Assembly: GCA_017652805.1 (NCBI GenBank)
Contig: JAGCAH010000156.1
Coordinates: forward strand, 1-61,320
From: Thermoguttaceae bacterium
Lineage (GTDB): Bacteria > Planctomycetota > Planctomycetia > Pirellulales > Thermoguttaceae
DNA: 61,320 bases
Direction of reading: 5' to 3'
In this document: positions 45,714-54,160 of the stretch, piece after piece
How positions within the stretch are numbered: the stretch's first letter is position 1
Layout: the number at the start of each line of letters is the position of its first letter
Position numbers and translations under genes: made by a program
The notes under the pieces: model-generated
What the model was told of the DNA's origin: nothing
What the model saw: the letters and a program-made list of their open reading frames with translations, nothing else
The model's database searches: none

Positions 45714-48052
45714 TTGTCGATCTTCCCTTCTGCCGGAACTGTTTTCGATCTCGGGAGGAAGAAGTTCCCGAGCCGTCCCGCCAGGAGGGCGGGGAAGAGG
45801 ATCAAGTCGCCGTAAAGGGCGATAAAGAGGAGAATCGCGATCACCCAGGCGAACCGTGCCACCGGAAGGAACTCGCTCAGGGAGAAGACGAGCATTCCGC
45901 CGCCGCAGATGAGCGTCGCCTGAACCATCGCTGTGGCGCACTGGCGGAACGCGTAGGCGACCGCTTCGGCGCGGGAGAGCCCGTCGGCCGCCGCGCGGCG
46001 GAACCAGGTGACGAAATGAATCGTTCCGTCGACCGAAATACCGAGCGCCACACAGGCGGTCATCATCGTCCCCATGTCGATCGGCAGATTCATTCCCGCC
46101 ATCGCGCCGAAGACGACGACGCTCGGGAAGATGTTCGGGATCATCGCCACCGCTCCCGCCCGCACGCCGCGGAGGAGAAAGACCAGCGCGATCAGGATCA
46201 TGAAGAACGCGGAGATGTAACTTTCGGTCAGATCGTTTAGAAGCTGCCGCTGCGCCTTATGCACCACGGGAACCCCGCCGGTGATCAGGGGGGTGACTCC
46301 GGCCAGACCGAGGGCGGGCGCGGTCCCGGCGATCGTCTTTTCGGCCGCGCCGCGGAGTTTTTCGAGAAGGGGACCGTACGCCAGTCGCGCCTTGGCCGGA
46401 ACGCGGAGACTGACGCGCCACCGCTCGGCGGGGGGCAGGCTGAGCGCCTCATCGATCGAAAGGCGCCGGTCGTCGAAAAGAGACCCCTCACGGAGCAGAT
46501 CGAGTCGGCTGGCGACGACCTGGTTAAAGGCGCGGCGCGCCCCGGCGGCGCGGACGCCGCTCGACGAGGCGTCGGGCAGATCGGGGAGGAAGGTGAGCGC
46601 CGAAAGGGTCGAATCGACCTCGTCGAAATCGCGGAGGGTCCATTCGACCTCGTCAACCAGACGGAGAGCCTGCAGAGGTTCGGCGCCGGGGTTCTGTTCG
46701 GTCGGAATATTCAGGACGACTTCCAGCGGAATCAGCCCGCCAATCCGATCTTCCAAATAGTCATAGTCGAGTAATACGGGCGCGTCTTTCGGGAACATCC
46801 CGTGGAAGGTGACGATCGTCTCGATCCGGGGAAGGAAATACGCGAAGAGCGCCAGAAGAACGAGATTCAGAATCGTGACCGGCCGATGCCAGCGAACGAC
46901 CCCCGCCGCGAAACGGTTCCAGAACGCCTCTTTTCGCCGCCGTTTTTCTTCGGTTTCGGCGTCCCGCCGGAGCCATTTTTTGATCGGGAACTCCTCGAGG
47001 AAGAGGGCCGAGAAGAAGACAAAAAAGTTCGTCCCGATCAGCATCGCGTTACTGGCGAACAGACCGAAATTTCTGATCGGGATCACCTGACTGACCGCCA
47101 GGGAGATGAGTCCCAGAACCGTGGTCAGACAGGCCAGCGCGCAGGGGAGAACCGCTTTGCGGACCGCGCCGCGAACCGCGCCGTCCTGACCGTGCGACTG
47201 CATATCGTCGCGGTAGTAGTTCAAAAGATGGAGCGTACCGGAGATTGTCAGAACGTACATCAGCGACGCGCTCAGGAGGGAGATCGAGTCGGTGTTCGCC
47301 CCGGCGTAATAGATGAGCGCCGCGCTCAGCTCCTCATTGAAAATGGCGACCATGAAAATGAGGAAGACCGCCCGAGCCGATCGGAGGAGAAAATAGAGGA
47401 TCAGGATACAAACCCCCAGAAAGAGGGGCATCAGGCGTGTCTGGGAATGTTTCGTTGTCTCGTCGATGACGACACTGTCGAGACTCGCCCCGGCGATATG
47501 GATTTTGTCGGGAGAAAGTTCGGTTACTTCACCGACCGCGCGGCGCAGGGCGTTGATCGCGCCGTGGTTGTCGCGAAACCCGGCATCGGACATGAAGGCG
47601 ATAAGACACCCCTGGGTGAAATCTTTCGAGATGATCCACCCCCGCATCCGCTCCTCGGCTTCGTCGAGCGGCAAATCGAGGGGTGACGAGGTCAGCCGGT
47701 CGAGAACCTGGCCGGTCGTCATGACCTTCCGGTAATAGGGAGGGGGGGCTTCCGCGCCGGACGGGGCGCTTCGGTCGGTTCCCAACAGTCGGGACGCGAC
47801 CTCTTCGAGCCGGGGGTCTTCGGGAGTACACCCTTCCCAGCTGACCATCAGCAGTTCGCCGTCCTGGAAGTGGGCGAGGAACCAGTCGAATTCACGGGTT
47901 TCCTGAAATCCGGAAGGGAGCCAGTCGATCACGCGGTTCTTCATATCGGCGCGCCCCAGGAAGGAGCCGCGGACGATGAAGACGAAAGCGGCGGCCGTCA
48001 GCAGAAAAAAGAGCCAGCGGATCGGAGATGATGAAATTTCCTTATTTTTCAT
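45710..48052 (-). CDS. MMPL/RND-superfamily membrane transporter (HpnN/MmpL-like, 12 TM)
   Basis: ATG 48052 is preceded by 'AAGG' ('MKNKEISSSPIRWLFFLLTAAAFVFIV'). The architecture is 1 TM + periplasmic domain + 5 TM, duplicated. There are sterol-sensing-domain-like TM bundles. The track extension to 48277 overlaps the upstream gene. Confidence 0.8.
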   Translation of the reverse strand: MKNKEISSSPIRWLFFLLTAAAFVFIVRGSFLGRADMKNRVIDWLPSGFQETREFDWFLAHFQDGELLMVSWEGCTPEDPRLEEVASRLLGTDRSAPSGAEAPPPYYRKVMTTGQVLDRLTSSPLDLPLDEAEERMRGWIISKDFTQGCLIAFMSDAGFRDNHGAINALRRAVGEVTELSPDKIHIAGASLDSVVIDETTKHSQTRLMPLFLGVCILILYFLLRSARAVFLIFMVAIFNEELSAALIYYAGANTDSISLLSASLMYVLTISGTLHLLNYYRDDMQSHGQDGAVRGAVRKAVLPCALACLTTVLGLISLAVSQVIPIRNFGLFASNAMLIGTNFFVFFSALFLEEFPIKKWLRRDAETEEKRRRKEAFWNRFAAGVVRWHRPVTILNLVLLALFAYFLPRIETIVTFHGMFPKDAPVLLDYDYLEDRIGGLIPLEVVLNIPTEQNPGAEPLQALRLVDEVEWTLRDFDEVDSTLSALTFLPDLPDASSSGVRAAGARRAFNQVVASRLDLLREGSLFDDRRLSIDEALSLPPAERWRVSLRVPAKARLAYGPLLEKLRGAAEKTIAGTAPALGLAGVTPLITGGVPVVHKAQRQLLNDLTESYISAFFMILIALVFLLRGVRAGAVAMIPNIFPSVVVFGAMAGMNLPIDMGTMMTACVALGISVDGTIHFVTWFRRAAADGLSRAEAVAYAFRQCATAMVQATLICGGGMLVFSLSEFLPVARFAWVIAILLFIALYGDLILFPALLAGRLGNFFLPRSKTVPAEGKIDK

Positions 48053-48185
48053 TTCAGACCTTATCGGCGAGTCGGGGAACCGAGGCGGCGGAGATCGGAG
48101 GGGGGAACGTCGTGTTCTTCCCGTGTTTTTTTCGCCGGTTCCTTGATTCCTTTCTTTTGGTTTTGTGAAGGTTGGAGGGGACGGG

Positions 48186-50264
48186 TTATTCCGGCCAGAG
48201 CCGGACCGACTGTCGGTAGAGTTCGGGAGTCCCCAGATCGAACGATTCCCCGTCAGTAACAAACCCCAGTAGCTCACCTCGGCGAGCCAGGGCGTCGAGC
48301 GCGCCGGAAAGATCGACTTCGCCGCGCCTTTTTGACGTGATCGATTTTTCGAGTTCGGCGTAGAGTGCCGGCGTCAGGATATACTGGCCGAAGAGGGCGT
48401 AGCAGGAGCGGCTCCCATCGCGGCGGCGAACCGACATCGAGCGGCGAGCTTTTGCCGCGCCCGGCTTTTCGGCGACAGTGTTAATCCTCATCAGACGCTC
48501 GGCAGGATCGATCCAATCCCCCCGAACCATCCCGCAGAGTTCTCCCTTTTCGGCGGGGGCGGCCTGGACGGCGACCAACGGTTTTCCCGTCCGGCGAAAA
48601 GCGTCGATCAGCTGGGCGGCGCAGGGAATCGTGCCGCCGGAGCGATAGAGGGTATCCCCCAGCATGAGGAGAACCGGCTGACTGCCGGCGAACGAACGGG
48701 TCCGAAAGACGGCGTCGCCGAACCCGCGCGGGTCAGGCTGATAGGCAAATGTAACACGCCGGGCGATCTTCTTGATCGCCGCCGCAACGCGGAGCGCCGC
48801 GCCGGTAAGCTTTTTCCGCAGAGTCGGTTCGGGGGGAGCGAAAAGGCGGTCGTACGCCGTGCGATCCTCTTCCCTTGCCAGAACCAGGCAGATTTCGTCG
48901 ATCCCGCTTTCGACGAGTTCTTCGAGGAGAACCAGAACGGCGGGTTTCGCCAGACCGTTGCGGTCGACGACCGGAAAGAACTCTTTCCGAACCGCCCGAG
49001 AGGCGGGATAGAGACGCGACGCGAGACCGGCAACGGGGATGATCGCTTTCCGAATTGTCCGAGTACTCTTCGCTACTCTACGCGAAACAACGGAATGGTC
49101 TGCACTTGAGTCCGCCAACGAGCGGACGCCGATCGGTCCCACCGGCAGAATCAATTCATACGGCCGGGTGCCGAGATCTTTCAGACGTCGGACAAGCTGA
49201 CACTGACATTCGGCGTTTCGGGCGACCAGCTGTACCGAGCCGTCCCCGTGCGAACCGACCCCCTTCCCCCCCCACGACAGGCGGCGGACGATCGGATCGG
49301 CCAAAACGGCGTGCAGGCGGGGAGAGCGAAGTTCGTCGGGAGAATGGGGAGCGACCTTCCGATCGAAGATCTTTTGCGCCCGCGTCATCAGTGCGCCGAG
49401 ACTTTTGGCATCTCCGGCGCGGAGGAGCTCAACGGCGCGATCGGTGATTTGCAGGTTATCGGCCCCGAGCGCCCGATGGAGCGCGCGGTCAGCCGCCGTC
49501 GCGCCGAACGGATAGGCGCGGGAAAGATCGGAAAGGATTCGGACGGTATTCTTCCCCGCGCAGAGATCGGCGAAGACCAGACGAATTTCGCCGCCGACCG
49601 GGATCGGCTCGGCGGCAACGTCGTTCCCGTCGAAATTCATCAGAACAGGCCGAACACCGAACGCACACGCCTGATCGAGCCGCCCGCAGCGTGAGCGGGT
49701 GCGCTCCTCGCCGCGAAACGCCGCTTCCATTTCGTCGGCGGTAGAAAGCCCCAGTCGGTAGAGAAGGTTAAACGCCCGAACAACCGTTACACAGATCGCC
49801 GCGCTCGACGAGAGTCCCTTTTTCAGAGGAAGGGGCATATCGGTCAGATGGAGATGAACCCCTCCGACCGGATAATGCTCGAGCATATACGACGCGGAAC
49901 CGGCACAGTGGGCAAAAAACGAATCGCTTCGAGCGACCTCTTCGAGCCGCCTCGCCTCGAAAGGAATATTGAAATCGGTCCAGAAATCGGCCAGCTGCGG
50001 TGCGGCGGACGTTACCCGGAACCGCCGGTCGCAGGCCGCGAGGGACGCGATCCCCTGTTCGATCCCGGTCACGATTGCCCGACCCGGTGCGATGTCGGCG
50101 TTCATCAGCCGATGGATTGCGGCCCAATCGCTATGTTCCCCGAAAAGACAGAGTCGTCCGGGAACAAAGAGGGAGACGGTTTCTTTCGACCCGGTCAATC
50201 GGATACCTTTCATCGGTTTTTGTGATGTGTTCGATACGGCGCCCCCCCGCAGATTGCCGGGCAT
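48186..50264 (-). CDS. Bifunctional GalK-like GHMP sugar kinase / GalU-like sugar-1-phosphate nucleotidyltransferase fusion
   Basis: N-terminal half: 'VPGRLCLFGEHSDWA' (galactokinase-type signature) and 'PLKKGLSSSAAICVTVV' (GHMP motif II). C-terminal ~288 aa (48189..49052): 'RKAIIPVAGLASRLYPASRAVRKEFFPVVD' (UGPase/GalU-type). The start is uncertain (ATG 50264 or 50213). The track ORF start at 50465 is unlikely. Confidence 0.8.
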   Translation of the reverse strand: MPGNLRGGAVSNTSQKPMKGIRLTGSKETVSLFVPGRLCLFGEHSDWAAIHRLMNADIAPGRAIVTGIEQGIASLAACDRRFRVTSAAPQLADFWTDFNIPFEARRLEEVARSDSFFAHCAGSASYMLEHYPVGGVHLHLTDMPLPLKKGLSSSAAICVTVVRAFNLLYRLGLSTADEMEAAFRGEERTRSRCGRLDQACAFGVRPVLMNFDGNDVAAEPIPVGGEIRLVFADLCAGKNTVRILSDLSRAYPFGATAADRALHRALGADNLQITDRAVELLRAGDAKSLGALMTRAQKIFDRKVAPHSPDELRSPRLHAVLADPIVRRLSWGGKGVGSHGDGSVQLVARNAECQCQLVRRLKDLGTRPYELILPVGPIGVRSLADSSADHSVVSRRVAKSTRTIRKAIIPVAGLASRLYPASRAVRKEFFPVVDRNGLAKPAVLVLLEELVESGIDEICLVLAREEDRTAYDRLFAPPEPTLRKKLTGAALRVAAAIKKIARRVTFAYQPDPRGFGDAVFRTRSFAGSQPVLLMLGDTLYRSGGTIPCAAQLIDAFRRTGKPLVAVQAAPAEKGELCGMVRGDWIDPAERLMRINTVAEKPGAAKARRSMSVRRRDGSRSCYALFGQYILTPALYAELEKSITSKRRGEVDLSGALDALARRGELLGFVTDGESFDLGTPELYRQSVRLWPE

Positions 50265-50494
50265 CGTGCCGTCATTTTTATTGTAGCCGGAAAAGAGGTT
50301 TTTTCCACCGCTATCGGAGCGGTTTCGGCGTTTTTTCCGCCATCCTAACGAATCTTTTTTCACCGCGCCGAAAAATGGAAAAACGGCGCAAAAGAGGGTG
50401 CGGGCTTGCTTTTCATTTTTCGGCGGATAAAATGGGGGCGTTGAGTGAATTTTATTCCGTATCACTGAAAAAGATCATCTTGAAAGGATTTTCC

Positions 50495-51847
50495 ATGAAA
50501 ACGTTTCTTTATTCCCTCCTGGCGGTTCTGGCATTGACTGCGGCGGTCGGCGCGCAGACGAAAGAGCGCGGTTCTTTTATCATTCCCCCCGCCATTGAGA
50601 ACATGTCGCTCGAATCGATGTTCGGCGCGAACCTCGAAAACGGCGAATTTAACGGAGGAGACTGGGTCGTCGGCACCGACGGCGTGATCACCTCGCCCGG
50701 AGATGGCGAGATCTGGACGAAGGAGAAGTACGGCTCGTTCATCTGCACGTTTGAATTCGACGCGGAGGATAAAGCCGACGCCGGCTTTTTGATTCACGCC
50801 GCCGATAAGAAAAAATGGTTCCCCTGTACCGTCGAGGTCCAGCTTCTGGGGGACGGCTACCGTCTTCAAGACGAAAAGGGAAAACCGACGATCGCGATCG
50901 AGCCGAACTACCACACCTGCGGCGCGTTCTACGGCTATCAGGCCGCTTCGCAGAACGTGACTAAACCGAAGGGGAAATGGAACAAGATGACCGTTGTCGC
51001 GCTCGGTACGCGCCTGATGGTCGAACTGAACGGGGTGATGATCAATATGATCGACACCGCCGAGTGGACCGACAACGTCTACAGTCCGCTCGGGACCGAA
51101 ATTGAAGAGCAATTCCGCGGCAAGTCGCTCGCCGAGCAGGAACCGTACGGGTATATCGGATTCCGGGGGAAACAGGGCGACTTGACCATCCGGTATCGGA
51201 ACATCAAGTTCGCTCCGATCGCCGAACCGGTCATTCCGGGCGCTGCCAACGTCCCCTGGGAACCCCTCTTCGGCGAGAAGCTCGAAAACGCCGAGTATGA
51301 CCCGGACGTCTGGTCGGTCGACGCCGACGGTGTCATACACGCCACGAAAGACGACACGATCTGGGCGAAAGGGGAGTTCGGAGACGCCATCATTAAATTC
51401 GAGTTCATGACGACCAAAAACGCCAACAGCGGCGTGATCATTCAGTGTACCGACAAGGCGAACTGGATCCCGAACGCCCTTGAAGTGCAGATCCTCGACT
51501 CATTCGAACATGGGAACGGAATGGATCAGTGCGGCGCGGTCTACGGCCGATGCCCGACGGCGATCAACGTCTGCAAAGCGCCGGGCCAGTGGAACGAGAT
51601 GACGATCGCCACCGTCGGCTCGGTGATCGACGTCTACATGAACGGTACGCTGATCACCCATATGAACAAGAGCAAATGGACCGACGCGGCGGCGAATCCG
51701 GACGGAAGCGAAGTCTTCTCGTGGCTGGTCAATAAAGCGCCGAGCAAGACCCCGAATTCCGGTTTCATCGGGTTCCAGGGGCTTCACGAGGGGCATCCGG
51801 TCGTCTTCCGCAACGCGAAGGTCAAGCGTCTGAGTGCGGCGAAATAG
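50495..51847 (+). CDS. Secreted protein with two tandem DUF1080 (3-keto-disaccharide hydrolase-like, concanavalin-type) domains
   Basis: ATG 50495 after an 'AAAGGA' SD. Signal 'MKTFLYSLLAVLALTAAVGAQ'. Two copies of the DUF1080 pattern ('W.V..DGVI......IWTKE.YG.F...FEF', 'NSGVIIQC', 'EVQILD', 'CGAVYG', 'WN.MTI...G..I.VY.NG'). Confidence 0.85.
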   Translation: MKTFLYSLLAVLALTAAVGAQTKERGSFIIPPAIENMSLESMFGANLENGEFNGGDWVVGTDGVITSPGDGEIWTKEKYGSFICTFEFDAEDKADAGFLIHAADKKKWFPCTVEVQLLGDGYRLQDEKGKPTIAIEPNYHTCGAFYGYQAASQNVTKPKGKWNKMTVVALGTRLMVELNGVMINMIDTAEWTDNVYSPLGTEIEEQFRGKSLAEQEPYGYIGFRGKQGDLTIRYRNIKFAPIAEPVIPGAANVPWEPLFGEKLENAEYDPDVWSVDADGVIHATKDDTIWAKGEFGDAIIKFEFMTTKNANSGVIIQCTDKANWIPNALEVQILDSFEHGNGMDQCGAVYGRCPTAINVCKAPGQWNEMTIATVGSVIDVYMNGTLITHMNKSKWTDAAANPDGSEVFSWLVNKAPSKTPNSGFIGFQGLHEGHPVVFRNAKVKRLSAAK

Positions 51848-51858
51848 TTGTTACGGCA

Positions 51859-51896
51859 GCGGGCGCACTTTCGAGCGCCCGCCCTTACGTTTTTTT
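51859..51896 (+). terminator. Putative terminator after the DUF1080 gene
   Basis: GCGGGCGC-8 nt-GCGCCCGC, then CCTTACG, then TTTTTTT (51890-51896). The T-run is spaced 7 nt from the stem. Confidence 0.45.
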
Positions 51897-51938
51897 CGAA
51901 CGGGGGTATACTGTTTCCGAATCCGCCGAAAGGCGCAA

Positions 51939-52012
51939 GGGTCTGTAGCTCAGCCGGTTAGAGCGGGGGACTCATAATCCCTGTGTCCGGGGTTCGAATC
52001 CCTGCAGACCTA
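51939..52012 (+). tRNA. tRNA with CAT anticodon (elongator Met, or Ile2 if lysidine-modified)
   Basis: Hand-folded cloverleaf. Acceptor GGGTCTG/CAGACCT (G1.U72). D arm GCTC-AGCCGGTTA-GAGC. Anticodon arm GGGGA-CTCATAA-TCCCT. Variable loop GTGTC. T arm CGGGG-TTCGAAT-CCCTG. Discriminator A. CCA is not encoded. It lacks the initiator hallmark of a 1:72 mismatch. Confidence 0.85.
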
Positions 52013-52016
52013 CTCG

Positions 52017-52065
52017 ACGGGCGGTTTTCGGCGGAATGAACGCCGAAAGCCGCCCGTTCTGTTTT
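52017..52065 (+). terminator. Intrinsic terminator after the tRNA
   Basis: 17-bp stem ACGGGCGGTTTTCGGCG / CGCCGAAAGCCGCCCGT (one G.U), 7-nt loop, then TCTGTTTT. Confidence 0.7.
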
Positions 52066-52444
52066 CCCCCCGGCACGAAAGCTCCGAAGAGAGAGCGGGA
52101 TCGGCCGATCAGGCTTTTTTCGCGGAATTTACGGTTTTGCCGATTCTCGGAATCCTCTTGTTTTTGCGGGTTATAACGTCAAAGTTTTCCCATTTTACGC
52201 GACCCGAACCGGAATAACGGGAACAACGGAAAAAACTCCGAAAATCGGTCGTTTCAGTAAAATCCTCATGACCCGATTTCCGATGTTAGCGTCGGAGAGA
52301 TTCCGGCACGGAAGCCGGAACGGAAAAGAGAGCTTATTCCGAGACGTTGAAAGCAGACCGAGCGATCGGTTTTCCTCCTGCTTTTTCCTCGCAACGCCCG
52401 AAAAGCGTGTGTTTTGGTCTTGCGCGTTGCGCAAGGAAAGGAGC

Positions 52445-53803
52445 ATGGATGTGTCTTTGAAGAAGAGAGTTTTTAAGAGTTCCATTACGCAGGCCGCGAT
52501 TCTGAGCGGTCTTCTGACAGGCGCTCTTGCGGCTTCGGACGATCCGGTCTATGACCGGCTGATCGGAAACGAAACGGAGCCGATCACCACGGAACAGTCG
52601 CTTATTCCCAATCGGCAGCCCCAGTCTCTGGGAACCCCGCGCCGGAGCGACGAGGTGATCCGCCGGATTGAACGCGACCGGCTCGGCGAACTTCGCGATT
52701 ACGGCCAGACGGAAGAGCAGGATCCCGCCGACGCTTTTTTTGACTCGATCGAGTGGGGTGTGGTTGTCGAGGGCGAACTCGTCTCGAACATGAACAAGGC
52801 GGATTCTTACAGGCGTGAAACCGACGCGGTCTATACCGCCGACTTCGGGTTCCTGATGCATCTCGGCGAGAAGGGGACTTTTTACGGTCTTCTGGAAGCC
52901 GGCTACGGCGGCGCGCTCGACTGGCGCATTCCGACGCTCGCGGTGTTCAACGATGAAGTTGAACCGGACAGAAACCTCAAATTCACCGAACTGTGGTATG
53001 AACACAAGTTCGGATGCAACGAAAGCTGGCGGTTCCGGATCGGCCATCTCGACCTGACGACCGACTTCGATACGAACAACTACGCCAACAGCGGTATCTC
53101 GCAGTTCAACTCGACCGGATTCGTTCACAATCTCACCCTGGGCTACGAATACGCCTGCCCGTCGTTCGGCGTGATGCTCTGGAAAAATGTCGGGGAAGCG
53201 CTTTCGGTCGGCGCCGCCTATCTGGCGGAAGACGGTTTCATCGATTATGACCAGGACGGCTTTCCGGACAAAGGGGACAGCTGGACCGACATCTTTCATC
53301 ACGGGTTCGGCATTCTGGAAACCGACTTCCATCTCGACGCCGGCGGACATGCGGGGAACCTTCGCTTCTACGGCTGGGTCAGCCGGTCCGAATCGTATGC
53401 CTATACCGCCGAGGGGAAAAAGGGGACGAGCGCCGGATTCGGAACGAACTTCGACCAGGAGCTCTCGCACTATCTGGGTGTTTGGGGGCGTTTCGGCTAC
53501 GGCGACGCCGAGTACAACTTTGTCACCAAGCATTACAGCGGCGGCGTGCAGTTTCAGCACTTCAACGCCTGCTGGCACCGCGACGTGATCGGCGTCGGCT
53601 ACGGTATCGCCGAGCCGGGCGACGTGCTCGCTGATTTCGCCGAGGATCCGGGGAAAGAGCATTTCGTCGAGGCCTACTATCGCCATGTCTTCAACGACTT
53701 CGCGCACCTTTCGCCGTTCGCTCAATTTGTTAAGAACCCCCTGGGCGACAAAGAATCCGACAGCGCCTTTGTGCTTGGACTGCGGGGTGCTTTCGAGATC
53801 TGA
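52445..53803 (+). CDS. Putative outer-membrane beta-barrel porin (OprB/carbohydrate-porin-like)
   Basis: ATG 52445 after a strong SD 'AAGGAAAGGAG'. Signal 'ITQAAILSGLLTGALAAS'. Alternating amphipathic beta-strand pattern with an aromatic girdle. 'LKFTELWYEHKF....WRFRIGHLDLTTDFDTNNYAN' resembles the OprB family. C-terminal 'LGLRGAFEI'. Family assignment is tentative. Confidence 0.55.
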   Translation: MDVSLKKRVFKSSITQAAILSGLLTGALAASDDPVYDRLIGNETEPITTEQSLIPNRQPQSLGTPRRSDEVIRRIERDRLGELRDYGQTEEQDPADAFFDSIEWGVVVEGELVSNMNKADSYRRETDAVYTADFGFLMHLGEKGTFYGLLEAGYGGALDWRIPTLAVFNDEVEPDRNLKFTELWYEHKFGCNESWRFRIGHLDLTTDFDTNNYANSGISQFNSTGFVHNLTLGYEYACPSFGVMLWKNVGEALSVGAAYLAEDGFIDYDQDGFPDKGDSWTDIFHHGFGILETDFHLDAGGHAGNLRFYGWVSRSESYAYTAEGKKGTSAGFGTNFDQELSHYLGVWGRFGYGDAEYNFVTKHYSGGVQFQHFNACWHRDVIGVGYGIAEPGDVLADFAEDPGKEHFVEAYYRHVFNDFAHLSPFAQFVKNPLGDKESDSAFVLGLRGAFEI

Positions 53804-53830
53804 GATTGCGGGAATGAGCAGCTGATTCGG

Positions 53831-53870
53831 GGCAGGGTCCAAAGTTCAGCCTTCCTCTTTGGACCTTGCC
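53831..53870 (+). other. Stable stem-loop downstream of the porin gene (no U-tract)
   Basis: GGCAGGGTCCAAAG (53831-53844) pairs with CTTTGGACCTTGCC (53857-53870): 14 bp with one G.U and a 12-nt loop. It is followed by GGGCTTCG, so it is not a canonical intrinsic terminator. Confidence 0.4.
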
Positions 53871-54160
53871 GGGCTTCGAATCGTTCCGCCTCTCCCGTCC
53901 GTCATCTCAGAGCGTCCTTTCTTTTTCGACTCCCCCGCGCACAGACCGCAAGTCCGCTTGGCGCGGTTTTTGTTTTTTCGGTGCGAAGCTCCCTTCTTTT
54001 CTTCCTTGTTTTCTCGGCGGAGTCTGTCTATCTTGTCGAATTGACCTGGATTAATATCGGGATAAAGAGTATAAAATCACGTCTTTCGGGAAGGATCTCG
54101 CCTTCTTTTGTTCCGGAAGAACCGCCTGCCCGCAGGCGGAACCGTTTGAGTGTCCCCTTG

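Noticed and set aside
50000-50494. 5' extensions of track ORFs (for example 50000..51847; also 52268..52444, 53981..54160, 7040..7411, 45714..45941, 48053..48277, 50265..50465, 24062..24241)
   Set aside because: The extensions overlap neighbouring genes or promoter-like AT-rich DNA, and they are Arg/Pro-rich. They precede an internal ATG or GTG that has an SD and a signal peptide or canonical N-terminus, so the shorter starts were used.
51939-52012. Initiator tRNA-fMet and/or integrative-element attachment site
   Set aside because: Position 1:72 is a G.U pair rather than the C:A mismatch of bacterial initiators, and the anticodon-stem base next to the loop is an A-U pair, so an elongator Met or Ile2 is more likely. 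No integrase, excisionase or visible duplicate of the tRNA 3' end was found nearby.
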